A DNA stretch of 41,274 nucleotides. Source: Verrucomicrobiota bacterium. GTDB taxonomy: Bacteria > Verrucomicrobiota > Verrucomicrobiia > Verrucomicrobiales > V1-33. Below the pieces are notes generated by a model. The model did no database searches. It had not been told where the DNA came from and saw nothing but the letters and a program-made list of their open reading frames with translations. This document shows, piece by piece, positions 1 to 9,021 of this stretch (its first letter is position 1; each line of letters begins with the position of its first letter). The DNA lies in assembly GCA_031429155.1 (NCBI GenBank), contig JANOZA010000776.1, positions 1-41,274 on the forward strand, written 5' to 3'. The translations under genes and the position numbers were made by a program.

Positions 1-1
1 T

Positions 2-808
2 GGGAACACCGGCGAGTCGTATCCCAACGGCCGCTACGGCAAGCTCGTGTATCTGCCCTGCACGCCGGAGAATAAGTTCGTGGCGGGCATCCCGGACCGG
101 AAGGTGGACATCATCTATCTTTGCTATCCCAACAACCCGACGGGTGCGACGGCGACCTTCCAGGAGCTGGAGGAATGGGTGGCCTACGCGCGCGCCAATG
201 AAGCGGTCATTCTCTATGATGCCGCCTACGAGGCCTACATAACAGAGCCTGGCATCCCGCATTCCATCTATGAAGTCGAAGGCGCTCGCGACTGCGCCAT
301 CGAGTTCCGCAGCTTCAGCAAGCACGGCGGCTTCACCGGCGTGCGCTGCGCCTACACGGTGGTGCCGAAGGATCTGATGGCCTCCACTCCCGACGGTCAG
401 CGCCATCCACTGCACCCGCTGTGGAACCGCCGGCACACAACGAAATTCAACGGCGTGTCCTATCCCGTGCAGCGAGGCGCAGAGGCGCTCTTCAGCGAGC
501 AGGGGAAGCAGGAGGTGAATGATCTCATCGCACACTATCTGGGGAACGCGAAGATCCTGCGCGAGGCCTGCGTCGCCGCTGGACTCACCGTATTCGGCGG
601 CGTGAATGCGCCCTACATCTGGGTCGGCTGCCCCGAGGGCGTGAAGAGCTGGGATTTGTTCGACCGCATGTTGCACGAAGCGAATGTCGTAATCACCCCT
701 GGTGCAGGATTCGGTGCTGCGGGCGAGGGCTTCTTCCGCATCAGCGCTTTCAACAGTCGCTCCAACGTGGAAGAGGTGGCTCGCCGCATCGCGACGATGC
801 AGTGGTGA
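2..808 (+). CDS. dapL: LL-diaminopimelate aminotransferase (5'-truncated by window edge)
   Basis: Frame is open back to base 2 (GNTG...YLPC). Class I PLP aminotransferase motifs [26 protein letters not shown](PLP Lys)xxGFTGVRC, and the DapL-typical [18 protein letters not shown] and TPGAGFG...[10 protein letters not shown]. Confidence 0.93.
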   Translation, partial: GNTGESYPNGRYGKLVYLPCTPENKFVAGIPDRKVDIIYLCYPNNPTGATATFQELEEWVAYARANEAVILYDAAYEAYITEPGIPHSIYEVEGARDCAIEFRSFSKHGGFTGVRCAYTVVPKDLMASTPDGQRHPLHPLWNRRHTTKFNGVSYPVQRGAEALFSEQGKQEVNDLIAHYLGNAKILREACVAAGLTVFGGVNAPYIWVGCPEGVKSWDLFDRMLHEANVVITPGAGFGAAGEGFFRISAFNSRSNVEEVARRIATMQW

Positions 809-836
809 CCACGAAACAAAATCTGCGCTCTCTGCC

Positions 837-2426
837 ATGAAACCACTGAAGATTCTCACTGCTTTCCTTCTGGTCACCGCCGTCCCGGCGCGGGCAGAGG
901 GCTTCTCGTTCGATGGCCTGCGCACCGCAGCGCGGAAACTCGCCACCCTGCCGCACACGCCGGGGAAGCAGGATCTCGCCGACTACTGGAAGAATATGAC
1001 TTATGACCAGCACCGCGACATCCGCTTTAAAATGGAAAGCGGCCTGTGGGCAAAGGACGCGCTGCCGTTCTCCGTGGACTTCTTCCACCCCGGCTGGACG
1101 GCCAAGAAGACGGTGACGATCCATGAGGTCGTGGACGGAACGGCGACGCCGCTGACGTTTGACCGCAGTCTCTTTGACTACGGCAAGGAAAAGGTACCCG
1201 ACGGCACGCCGCCGCCGCCAGGCTATGCCGGCTGGCGCGCGCGCTTCCATCTGAACTCGGAGAAATACATGGACGAGTTCCTCGTGTTCATGGGCGCGAG
1301 TTACCTGCGGGCGATTCCCAAGGGCGCGCCCTATGGTCTCTCGGCGCGCGGCCTCTCGCTCAACAGCGGACTGCCCGGCGTGCCGGAGGAATTTCCTGAC
1401 TTCACGGAATTCTACCTCCAGCGCCCTGCCAAAGACGCGAAGTCGCTCACCTCATGGGCGATGCTCCAGGGTGAATCTGTCACGGGAGCCTATCAGTTCA
1501 CCATCACACCTGGGCCGGAGACGGTGATGGACGTGGAGGCGGAGATCACTCTGCGGCGACCCGTCCAGCAGTTGGGACTCGCGCCGTTTTCCTCTATGTA
1601 CTGGTTCGGCGAGGGCACGCATCCCAAGCCTTTTGACTTCCGCCCGGAGGTCCACGACAGCGACGGGCTCCTCATGGAACTCGGCAGCGGCAACCTCCAC
1701 TTCCGCCCGCTGGAGCACACGAAGGATCAGTTCCGCCACTGCGTCTTCAGCATGGAAAAGCCGCGCTCCTGGACGCTGGTGCAGCGTGACCGGTCCTTCG
1801 CCAGCTACCAGGACCTCGAAGCTCACTATCACGATCGTCCCAGCGTGCGCGTGGAGCCTGTGGAGGGATTCGACAACGGCGGGCTGCACCTCATTGAGAT
1901 GCCCACCATTGATGAGACGAACGACAACGTGATCCTCGTGTGGGAACCGCGGCCAGCGCTGGAGGCGGGCAAGGCGTTCCGTCTTCACTATCGCCTCCGC
2001 TGGCTGCGCGACCCCGCGCCGTCCGGACTTTTCACCGTGCGCGCCACCCGCAGCGGCAATCCCGTGCAGCAGCCGGACAAGCTGCTCATGACCGTGGATT
2101 TCGCCAAGCCGCTGAACCCTGAACTGAAACAGGGCGATCCGAAGTGGGATGACTTCACAAAGCTGAAGCCCGTCGTCACCGTGAATCAGAAAGAGGTCAA
2201 ACTCATCCACGCCGGCCTCACCGACCTGAGCATGGCCAATGTGGATGACATGCCCGCCGGTCTCGGCCGCAGTCCGCAGATTCACATGCCCCAGGTGGTC
2301 CGAGCCTTCTTCGTCCTCGAACCGCCGAAGGACCTGGCCGACATTGACATGACCTGCGAACTTCAGGATGACACCGGCAAGGTGGTGTCGGAACGGTGGG
2401 TGTATCTCTGGAAGAAACCGAAATGA
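837..2426 (+). CDS. opgG: Periplasmic glucan biosynthesis protein OpgG/OpgD (MdoG family)
   Basis: Signal peptide from ATG 837 (MKPLKILTAFLLVTAVPARA). MdoG motifs YDQHRDIRF, FMGASYLRA, YGLSARGL, EEFPDF, APFSSMYWFG, DFRPEVHDSDGL, PTIDETNDN and SERWVY. Confidence 0.88.
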   Translation: MKPLKILTAFLLVTAVPARAEGFSFDGLRTAARKLATLPHTPGKQDLADYWKNMTYDQHRDIRFKMESGLWAKDALPFSVDFFHPGWTAKKTVTIHEVVDGTATPLTFDRSLFDYGKEKVPDGTPPPPGYAGWRARFHLNSEKYMDEFLVFMGASYLRAIPKGAPYGLSARGLSLNSGLPGVPEEFPDFTEFYLQRPAKDAKSLTSWAMLQGESVTGAYQFTITPGPETVMDVEAEITLRRPVQQLGLAPFSSMYWFGEGTHPKPFDFRPEVHDSDGLLMELGSGNLHFRPLEHTKDQFRHCVFSMEKPRSWTLVQRDRSFASYQDLEAHYHDRPSVRVEPVEGFDNGGLHLIEMPTIDETNDNVILVWEPRPALEAGKAFRLHYRLRWLRDPAPSGLFTVRATRSGNPVQQPDKLLMTVDFAKPLNPELKQGDPKWDDFTKLKPVVTVNQKEVKLIHAGLTDLSMANVDDMPAGLGRSPQIHMPQVVRAFFVLEPPKDLADIDMTCELQDDTGKVVSERWVYLWKKPK

Positions 2427-2445
2427 ATGACGCCAGCTCACCAAT

Positions 2446-2697
2446 GTGAAAATGAGAGCCAATACCTGGATCCAGCGCATCTGCTTGGCGGCGCTGCTTT
2501 ACATCGCTGGCTACTTCGTGTTGTTAAAACCTCAACTGCACGAGATCAAAGCTGTTCGAGCGGAAATTAGGTTCAGCGAAGCTACGGCAAGGCGGGCATA
2601 CCGTTGGGATGAGCATTCGGATCGCGACCCCCATTGGGTTACCAGCCTCTACACTCCGCTGATAGAGCTTGATGCAGCGATGCGACCTGACTACTAA
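2446..2697 (+). CDS. Small hypothetical protein with N-terminal membrane anchor
   Basis: 83-aa ORF with hydrophobic ICLAALLYIAGYFVLL. Lies in a lower-GC patch. No family recognised. Confidence 0.5.
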   Translation: MKMRANTWIQRICLAALLYIAGYFVLLKPQLHEIKAVRAEIRFSEATARRAYRWDEHSDRDPHWVTSLYTPLIELDAAMRPDY

Positions 2698-2831
2698 ACC
2701 AAGAGCAAGGGTGAGGAATCTGTACCTGAGTGGTGGTAATGGGCGACGCACGTTCTCATTAGAAAGTTTCCTGTTGCACGGCATTCAGCCCAAAAGGCAT
2801 GCTGCCGCTTTTTATTACCTATCACAATCAT

Positions 2832-3272
2832 ATGGCTTGAAAATCGAACGAATTGCTGGGGGCGGCGCAAAAGCTGCTCGATATATTGGCTAACCCGGAG
2901 CATGTGACGACGCTGACGGCGGCGGGGCTGACGGTGCCGCCGCTGATCACGGGCCTGACAACTCCCCGGAATGCCTATGGCACGGCGGAGGAGGCGCAGG
3001 AGTCCTTCAAAGTGAAGCTCACCAGCGCGTCGGCCGTAGAGAAGAGCACGGGGCAGAAGCTCTATGACAAACTCTCGGATCTGGTGGATGCGCTCTCGGG
3101 CATGGTGGGCAAGAAGACAGCGCTGGGCAAAGAAATCCGGGCGCTGCGCATTCAGTTGAACAAGGCCAAAGAGGGCGGTGATGATGAGGGCGGCGGCAGT
3201 TCCGGCAGCGGGTCGGGCTCCGGCAGTGACAGCGGGAGCGGGAGCGGTTCCGGCAGTGACAGTGGATCGTGA
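2832..3272 (+). pseudogene. Helical hypothetical protein with Ser/Gly tail; in-frame TGA at codon 3 (or intact from TTG 2853)
   Basis: ATG GCT TGA AAA TCG AAC GAA TTG CTG: ATG 2832 is in frame with ORF 2853-3272 but is followed by TGA at 2838-2840. The body looks coding; the C-terminus is (GS/DS)n. Confidence 0.5.
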
Positions 3273-3527
3273 ACCGGAAGCCGCGCGGCGAGGGCTCCGG
3301 ATGATCCGGGGCGGGCCGGAGGCGCTGCTGAACGGCAGCCGGGACGGGCTGCGTTACGGGTGCCGGACGAGGGTAACGCAGGGCCTCTGGCTTGCCGTGG
3401 CGCAGGGCTTCCCGCCTGCCTGCTCAGGATGGTCCCCGGGTGCCCGCCACGGACCTTCGGGCAGGGCGGCGGGGAGGCGTAGGTTCCCTGACTTGGAAAA
3501 TCTTCATGCTATTTGAACCGAGACACT

Positions 3528-3540
3528 TAACCCGTTGATA
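3528..3540 (-). promoter_or_regulatory. IHF-consensus site
   Basis: Minus strand reads TATCAACGGGTTA, an exact match to WATCAANNNNTTR, inside an AT-rich island between two GC-rich repeat tracts. Confidence 0.35.
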
Positions 3541-3579
3541 TTATGAGTAATCTGACACGATTCGACCCTCTTGGAAAAC

Positions 3580-3810
3580 CCGCCAACGGGTTTGGCGGGT
3601 CCGGGAAATGGATTGGCGGATCCGCCAAAACGCCTGGCGGGCCGGACAAAGGAAAAAGCGGGTCCGGCGAAGGGATTGGCGGGTGTGGCGGAGGGGTTGG
3701 CGGGTCCGCCAGAGCGGGGGGCGGAGCCGTCGAAGGGGCGGGCGGGTCCGCCGAAGGAAAAGGATGGCCCGCCCATCAAAAGGACGGGGCCGCCAAAAGG
3801 GATGCCGGGG
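3580..3810. repeat. Degenerate 21-bp tandem array (~11 units, consensus approx. CCGCCGAAGGGATTGGCGGGT)
   Basis: Units start at 3580, 3601, 3622, 3642, 3664, 3685, 3706, 3727, 3748, 3769 and 3790. Many contain a CCGCC...GGCGG mini-stem. Confidence 0.8.
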
Positions 3811-3897
3811 GCATCCTAACTGGTTTAACGGAGCTTCTCTCCGGCTCCCCATTGGCTCAAACCAGGCACTTTGCCCGCCTGTCTCCCTCTGGTCGGC

Positions 3898-3932
3898 TCT
3901 GCATTCTGCATTCTGCATTCTGCATTTTTCAT
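3898..3932 (+). repeat. Heptamer tandem repeat (TCTGCAT)x4 + TTTTCAT
   Basis: Read directly; ends 3 bp before the ATG at 3936. Confidence 0.9.
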
Positions 3933-3935
3933 TCG

Positions 3936-5046
3936 ATGAAACCCTCACTCTATTTTTTCAACTGGCCGGAGGCGGTGGGCGGTGCGGGGACGAAGGAGGA
4001 GCATTTGCTGCGGCTGCTGCATAAGACGTTTCGGATCACGGTGGTGCCTAACGAGAAGGGAAAACTGGATGACGGGAGGTGGGGGCCGTTTTTGAAAGGG
4101 CTGGGGGTGACGGCGATGGCGTGGGAAAAACTGCCCCGGCGGCTGGAGGGTTGGGGTGTTAGTCTGTGCAATGGGCTGTTTCTGCGCAGCGGCCGTGCGG
4201 CGCAGGCGAAGCAGCGGGGACTGAAAATCGCGTGGGGCAGTGAGATGATGTGGCACCACAGCGGAGAGCGGGCTCTGGTGCAGGGGGGGACTGGTGGATC
4301 TGGTATTGTATACGGGCGCAGCGCAGCGGGCGGCGCTGCTGCCGGGCTATACGTGCGATGGGGCGCTGCCGGAGCCGCAGGGGGCGGTGGTGGGAAATTA
4401 CATCGAGGCGGGGGCATTCCCGTATGTGAGGCGGAGGCGGACGGAACTGGCGGCGGGCCGGGTGTCGCGCGCGGACGGGGCGAAGTTTCCTGCGCTGTTT
4501 CCCCTGACATATCATGGACTGCGCATCCCGCGGCTGCGCTGCCGGGTGCTGGGGTGGTCGCCGGCGGTGGCGGGGCAGTGGCCGTGGTACGATTTTGTGA
4601 GGGCGGGGATCACCGGTGAACTGCCGGCGGGTGCGGCGGAGTGGGGATTCCGTGAGGGTGTGGCGGCGGTGCCGGTGCCGCGGTGGTCGCTGTATGCGCC
4701 CGGGGCGGTGGAGACGCGGCGGTTTTATGAGAGCCTGGATTTATATCTCTATGACGTGGGGCCGGGACTGCGGGAGAGCTGGGGCCGGACGGTGGTGGAG
4801 GCGATGTTGTCAGGGCTGCCGGTGCTGATCCCCGGGGACCGGCGTCATCATTTGCATGAACTGGTGCCGGACGGGGTGGCGGGTTTTCACTGCGGGACGC
4901 CCGAGTCCTGGCTGGAAGCGGCGCGGCGGCTGGCGGGGGATGCAGCGCTGCGCGCCCGGATGGGCCGGGCGGCGGCGAGGCACGCGCGCTCGGTGCTCTG
5001 CAATGCGGCGGAACACCGCCGCGTGTGGCGGGAGGCGCTGGGGTAG
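3936..5046 (+). pseudogene. GT-B (GT4-like) glycosyltransferase, frameshifted at a G7 tract (4283-4289)
   Basis: The N-half MKPSLYFFNWPEAVGGAGTK...ALVQGG and the C-half LVDLVLYTG...ESWGRTVVEAMLSGLPVL (GT4 E-x7-E motif) join in frame if one G is removed from CAGGGGGGGACTG. Confidence 0.78.
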
Positions 5047-5191
5047 TCGGGCGTTCTAAAACCAGGTGAGGCGCGCGCGTTTGGCACCTTCAACAATAAG
5101 ATTGATTTGCGGATTCCCTCTTCTAGTCTGGCCGCCCTTTGCCCGCAGCACTATCACGGCAGAGCCAGCCAGTCAGTCTTAGGATATCCCC

Positions 5192-7387
5192 ATGAGCGAA
5201 TCTGATCCCATTGATCTCTCCCATCTTCAAAACCTCCAGTTCCGCCCGTCGTGGGTGGAGGATCTGGCAAAGTCGGATGCGCCCGCAGGTGAGGTAATCT
5301 GGGGCCGCGCGCCCGGTGGCCCTCAGCGGGGTGACCGCGATGACCGTCCGCGCCGGGATGGCCCGCCACGGCGGGATGGTGGCCGTGGATTTGACCGCAA
5401 TGACCGCGGCCCCCGTCCGGACAGCCGTGGGCCGCGTCCTGAATTTCGCGGGCCGCCTCCTGGCCAGGGAGAACGTCGCCCGCCGCCGCGCCGTGATGGC
5501 CCCGGGCCGCCGCAGGGTGAGCGCCGTGAAGGGGGGCCCGACCGCCGCGGACCACGCCCTGAAGGCCCCCGCCGCGATGGCCCTGGCGGACGTCCGCCTT
5601 TCCGCCGCGATGACCGCCGTGAACCGCGCGGCGATTTCCGGGACCAGCGGGACATGCCGGCTCCGCTCGCGGGCTGGCTGGTGTCGCTCGTGCCGGACCC
5701 GCGATCCGTGGAGGCCATCGCGCGCCAGATCAAAACCTCGGGCCGCGCGTTTTCTGTTTTTGATGTGGGCCGTCTTTTTATGGACAGCCGCGAGCGCTAT
5801 CATGTCCGCTTCAAACGTCAGCCTGCCCCGCCGCCGCAAAGGCCGGCGGAAGGCGACGCTCCGGAAGCCGGACCCGCGCCGTCAGGACCGGGCGGACCGG
5901 AGACGCTATTTCAGTGTCAGGCCGACGGATCGCTCTGGCTCACGCGCGACGAAGCCATTCGCCATCTGCTGAATGGGCCAGCCCTCACCAGATACTACCG
6001 CGCTGAGACGGTGACCACAGAGGCACCGAAGGGCGTCTGGAACGCGATCGCCGTCTGCGGATTCTCCGGTGCGCTGCTGGGCCCGCCGAATCATCATGAC
6101 TTCCAGCGCAATGTCGCGCGGCTCCACCGCGAGCGGTTTTCTGATATGCCGCTGGAGCGCTACAAGTCGCGCATCCGCACGGAGAAGGACGAGGCGCTGC
6201 TGCTGAAATGGCAGGAGCAGCAGTCCACGGCCACGCACTGGGTGGAGGTGAGCGCCGAGCCCCTGCCGGAAGGCGCGGAGCCGCCTGCGACGTTTAAGAG
6301 TGTGGCCGAAATGGAGGCTCATTTTCTCCGCACTCACGCCGCCGGGGCCACGCTGCCGGTGACCAACGCGACGGTGTCAGGAAATATCCCTGGCAAGAAT
6401 CTCGCTCCGGCGCTGCTCCACCTGCTCCGCCGCGAAGTCGAGAGCCAGATGCGTTTTCCCATGCAGTTGGTGCAGGATCTCTGCCGTGCGCTGGAGTCGC
6501 AAGGCCTCCGCTTCTTCAAGCGCGACAAGAGAACCACCTGCGTCTGCAAAAACCGTCCGCACTTTCTGCCTGACGATCTCGTGCTCTCCGAGCGCGTTCG
6601 TTCACTGGTGGAAATGGTCCGCGCCAATCCTGGCATCACCTACAGCCGACTCGTCAGCACACTCGCGCCGCACATCGTGGCGGCGTCCAGTATGGCCGGG
6701 CCCGCGCCCTCCGCGCAGGCGATGGTCGAAGCCGCCGTGGAAGAAGCCGCCGCTCCGGAAGCGGTGATGGAAGAAGTAACGTCTGTTGCCCCAGAGACCG
6801 CAGAAGTTTCCACCGCAGTGGAGGCTGAAGCCGCACTCGCAGCGGAAGTCTCGACGGAGATTCCTGCTTCTGCGGAGTCAGCCGCACCTGACGCTCCCGC
6901 GCCTGACACTTTTGCTGAATCCGAATCCGTCACCGCCGCGGATGCGCCAGCGGCAACGGAAAGCGCCCCGGCAGTCGAAGCCCCGCCCGCACCCGCGCCG
7001 GCGTCGCATTTGAGCCCGGAGGAAATCGCCATTCTCCAGGATCTGCACTGGCTGGTGCAGGAAGGTTACGTCACGGAATTCCAGAGCGGCGAGCTGTTCG
7101 TCCTCGGTCGTCCGCCACTCCCTCCCGTGGAGAAAAAGCCCCGCGGCCCAAAGCCGCCACGGTCCGACGCCAGGGAAGGATCACCGGCGGCGGCCCAGGC
7201 CGAGGCCGCTTCCGAAACCGGGGCCGGACCAGCCGATGCGGAGCCCGCCGCCGACGCGGATCAGGCAACTGTCGTCGCCGCTGACGAACCGTCTGCCGCC
7301 GACGCTGCTGAACCTGTCGCCGCTGCTGAAGTGCCGGCCGCCGAACCTGCCGCCCCCGCGGAGGAATCTGCGCCGCCGCAGGCCTAA
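5192..7387 (+). CDS. Conserved hypothetical protein with R/D/G/P-rich N-terminal and A/E/P-rich C-terminal disordered regions
   Basis: 731-aa ORF with typical codon bias. Ordered core (AVCGFSGALLGPPNHHDFQ; DLHWLVQEGYVTEF) is flanked by low-complexity tracts. Confidence 0.75.
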   Translation: MSESDPIDLSHLQNLQFRPSWVEDLAKSDAPAGEVIWGRAPGGPQRGDRDDRPRRDGPPRRDGGRGFDRNDRGPRPDSRGPRPEFRGPPPGQGERRPPPRRDGPGPPQGERREGGPDRRGPRPEGPRRDGPGGRPPFRRDDRREPRGDFRDQRDMPAPLAGWLVSLVPDPRSVEAIARQIKTSGRAFSVFDVGRLFMDSRERYHVRFKRQPAPPPQRPAEGDAPEAGPAPSGPGGPETLFQCQADGSLWLTRDEAIRHLLNGPALTRYYRAETVTTEAPKGVWNAIAVCGFSGALLGPPNHHDFQRNVARLHRERFSDMPLERYKSRIRTEKDEALLLKWQEQQSTATHWVEVSAEPLPEGAEPPATFKSVAEMEAHFLRTHAAGATLPVTNATVSGNIPGKNLAPALLHLLRREVESQMRFPMQLVQDLCRALESQGLRFFKRDKRTTCVCKNRPHFLPDDLVLSERVRSLVEMVRANPGITYSRLVSTLAPHIVAASSMAGPAPSAQAMVEAAVEEAAAPEAVMEEVTSVAPETAEVSTAVEAEAALAAEVSTEIPASAESAAPDAPAPDTFAESESVTAADAPAATESAPAVEAPPAPAPASHLSPEEIAILQDLHWLVQEGYVTEFQSGELFVLGRPPLPPVEKKPRGPKPPRSDAREGSPAAAQAEAASETGAGPADAEPAADADQATVVAADEPSAADAAEPVAAAEVPAAEPAAPAEESAPPQA

Positions 7388-8460
7388 CTGCGCACGATCC
7401 ACCGCAGACTCGCACTCGTAGAGCGCGGATTGAGACGCTGTTCACCTCCTGATGGCCGGCGCGGCTGCTCGTCCGGCTGATGCCAGCCGTCCGACTGCTC
7501 CAGTGCTGCGAACGCTTTTTTCACGCGCCGGTCTTCGCCGCTGTGAAAGGTGAGGATCGCCGCCCGCCCGCCGGGGTTCAGGCACTGCGGCAGCGCGCGC
7601 AGCAGCGAATCGAGCGCGCTCAGTTCGTCATTCACCGTGATGCGCAGCGCCTGAAAAACGCGGCGCACGGATTTCTCCGTCTGCTCCTCTGCATCCGACC
7701 GCAGCCGCACTGCGGGCGAAACCACTGCGCGAATGGCCGCCGCAAATGGAAGCGTGCCGGCGAATGTTCGCCCCGCCAGCGCCGCGCCCAAAGCCGCCGC
7801 GTGCGGTTCATCGGCGTTCTCCTCCAGCAAGGCGCTGAGTTTTGCCGGCGTCAGCTTTTGGAGCAGTTCGCCGGCGGTCTGACCGCGCGCAGGATTAAGC
7901 CTCATGTCGAGCGGCCCGCCCTGTTTCCATGAAAAGCCGCGCGAGGGATCATCTATTTGCATGGACGACGCACCGAGGTCGGCGAAGACCGCGTCCACGC
8001 CATCACCCAGGCCCAGTTCGGTGAGAACGCGCGGCAGGCCTGCGAAGTTGGAATGTTGAGCGACGAGCACGTCCTCCCCGAATCCTTCCCTGCGCAGACG
8101 CTCCGTGGTACGGGGCAGTTGCACCGGGTCCACATCCAGCGCGATCACCCGCCCGCCGGGCGCGACGGCACGGAGGAATTCCCGGGTATGCCCGCCGTAG
8201 CCGAGAGTGCCGTCAGCCACGGTTTCGCCAGGCTGAATGGCCAGCGCGGCGAGGGATTCTTCCACCATCACCGGACGATGGCGACCTGCGGGCGTCTTGC
8301 CGGCGGACTCCACTTTTTGCAGAGTTGCCGCATCGCCACTGTGCTCTTTATATTTGTCCGCGAACTTTCGCGGATTGCGTCCGGAGTAGCGTTTGCGGCG
8401 CGGCGGACGGCTGCCGGAGTCTGGAAGTGAGTCGCTGGGCATGAGTTTCGGCAGCGACAT
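7384..8460 (-). CDS. rsmH: 16S rRNA m4C1402 methyltransferase RsmH family (stand-alone copy with N-terminal extension)
   Basis: HRPVM, DGTLGYGGH, DLGASSMQID, GPLDMRL, FQALRITVNDEL, TFHSGEDRRVK and NPRSTSASLR. Start at 8460 or 8442; the longer ORF to 8847 overlaps the 6S RNA and is rejected. Confidence 0.88.
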   Translation of the reverse strand: MSLPKLMPSDSLPDSGSRPPRRKRYSGRNPRKFADKYKEHSGDAATLQKVESAGKTPAGRHRPVMVEESLAALAIQPGETVADGTLGYGGHTREFLRAVAPGGRVIALDVDPVQLPRTTERLRREGFGEDVLVAQHSNFAGLPRVLTELGLGDGVDAVFADLGASSMQIDDPSRGFSWKQGGPLDMRLNPARGQTAGELLQKLTPAKLSALLEENADEPHAAALGAALAGRTFAGTLPFAAAIRAVVSPAVRLRSDAEEQTEKSVRRVFQALRITVNDELSALDSLLRALPQCLNPGGRAAILTFHSGEDRRVKKAFAALEQSDGWHQPDEQPRRPSGGEQRLNPRSTSASLRWIVRS

Positions 8461-8646
8461 GGACCATGCGTATGGAAATGAGAACCGCTTTATCGCAGAA
8501 GCACCGGATTTCTTCAGCGCCCGCTTCAGTTTCACGCAACGCCCTCTCCTCACACTCGCTGGCCTCGCGGGACTGCTGATGCGCCGCAGGCGTGCTTGAG
8601 GAGCGGCGGCGGAAAAAAATCGCCCCAAAAAGTTACGCCTCCATGC

Positions 8647-8676
8647 TTGACCCCGGCGCGGTTTTCCGGCCAGAAT
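8647..8676 (+). promoter_or_regulatory. Putative sigma70 promoter for 6S RNA
   Basis: TTGACC-N18-CAGAAT about 40 bp upstream of the 6S closing stem. Confidence 0.4.
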
Positions 8677-8717
8677 GAGCACATGCCTTCGGGCAGCGTT
8701 CTTTCTTAATTTCTCCA

Positions 8718-8904
8718 ATTTCCTGCGGTGTGCGAGACTCCTGGTTTTACTGAGCCCGCTCCGATACATTAGACAGGGGGCCTGGCCGGCCGGACCTAAG
8801 TCATGCCTCTTACAGGAAGGCTTCAGTTTGGTTTTGGCGGCTGCCACCTTATTTTCGTTCCTTGGGAACGTGTGCTCTTAGCCATAGACGGCATCGCGGG
8901 TCTT
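8718..8904 (+). ncRNA. ssrS: 6S RNA
   Basis: About 187 nt. The 5' CCTGCGGTGT (8722-8731) pairs with the 3' GCATCGCGGG (8891-8900). Internal blocks TGAGCC, AGGGGGCC, CATGCC, GAAGGCTT and CCACCTT plus the hairpin CGTTCC-TTG-GGAACG are in the same order as in known 6S RNAs. Followed by a T-run. Confidence 0.8.
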
Positions 8905-9021
8905 TTTTCTCTGGTTCGGGCACCCCCTGCAGCACTGGTTTGCAGCGGCTGCGGTCGAACCGGCGGGATTCATTATCAACCGTTGACGCCCTGTCGCCCC
9001 GGCTGCTTCCAATAGTCGAGC

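Noticed and set aside
3580-3810. CRISPR array
   Set aside because: Units are contiguous degenerate 21-mers with no constant repeat plus unique spacer, and there are no cas genes.
3543-3935. N-terminal 131 aa of ORF 3543-4619
   Set aside because: It is a translation of the 21-bp and 7-bp repeats; the protein-like sequence starts at ATG 3936.
8461-8885. Long N-terminal extension of RsmH and a 20-aa minus-strand peptide (MAKSTRSQ...)
   Set aside because: Both overlap the 6S RNA and its promoter on the opposite strand and have no protein-like features.
8983-9013. sigma70 promoter for the ECF gene (TTGACG...TCCAAT)
   Set aside because: The spacing is 19 bp and the -10 is weak, so it cannot be supported.
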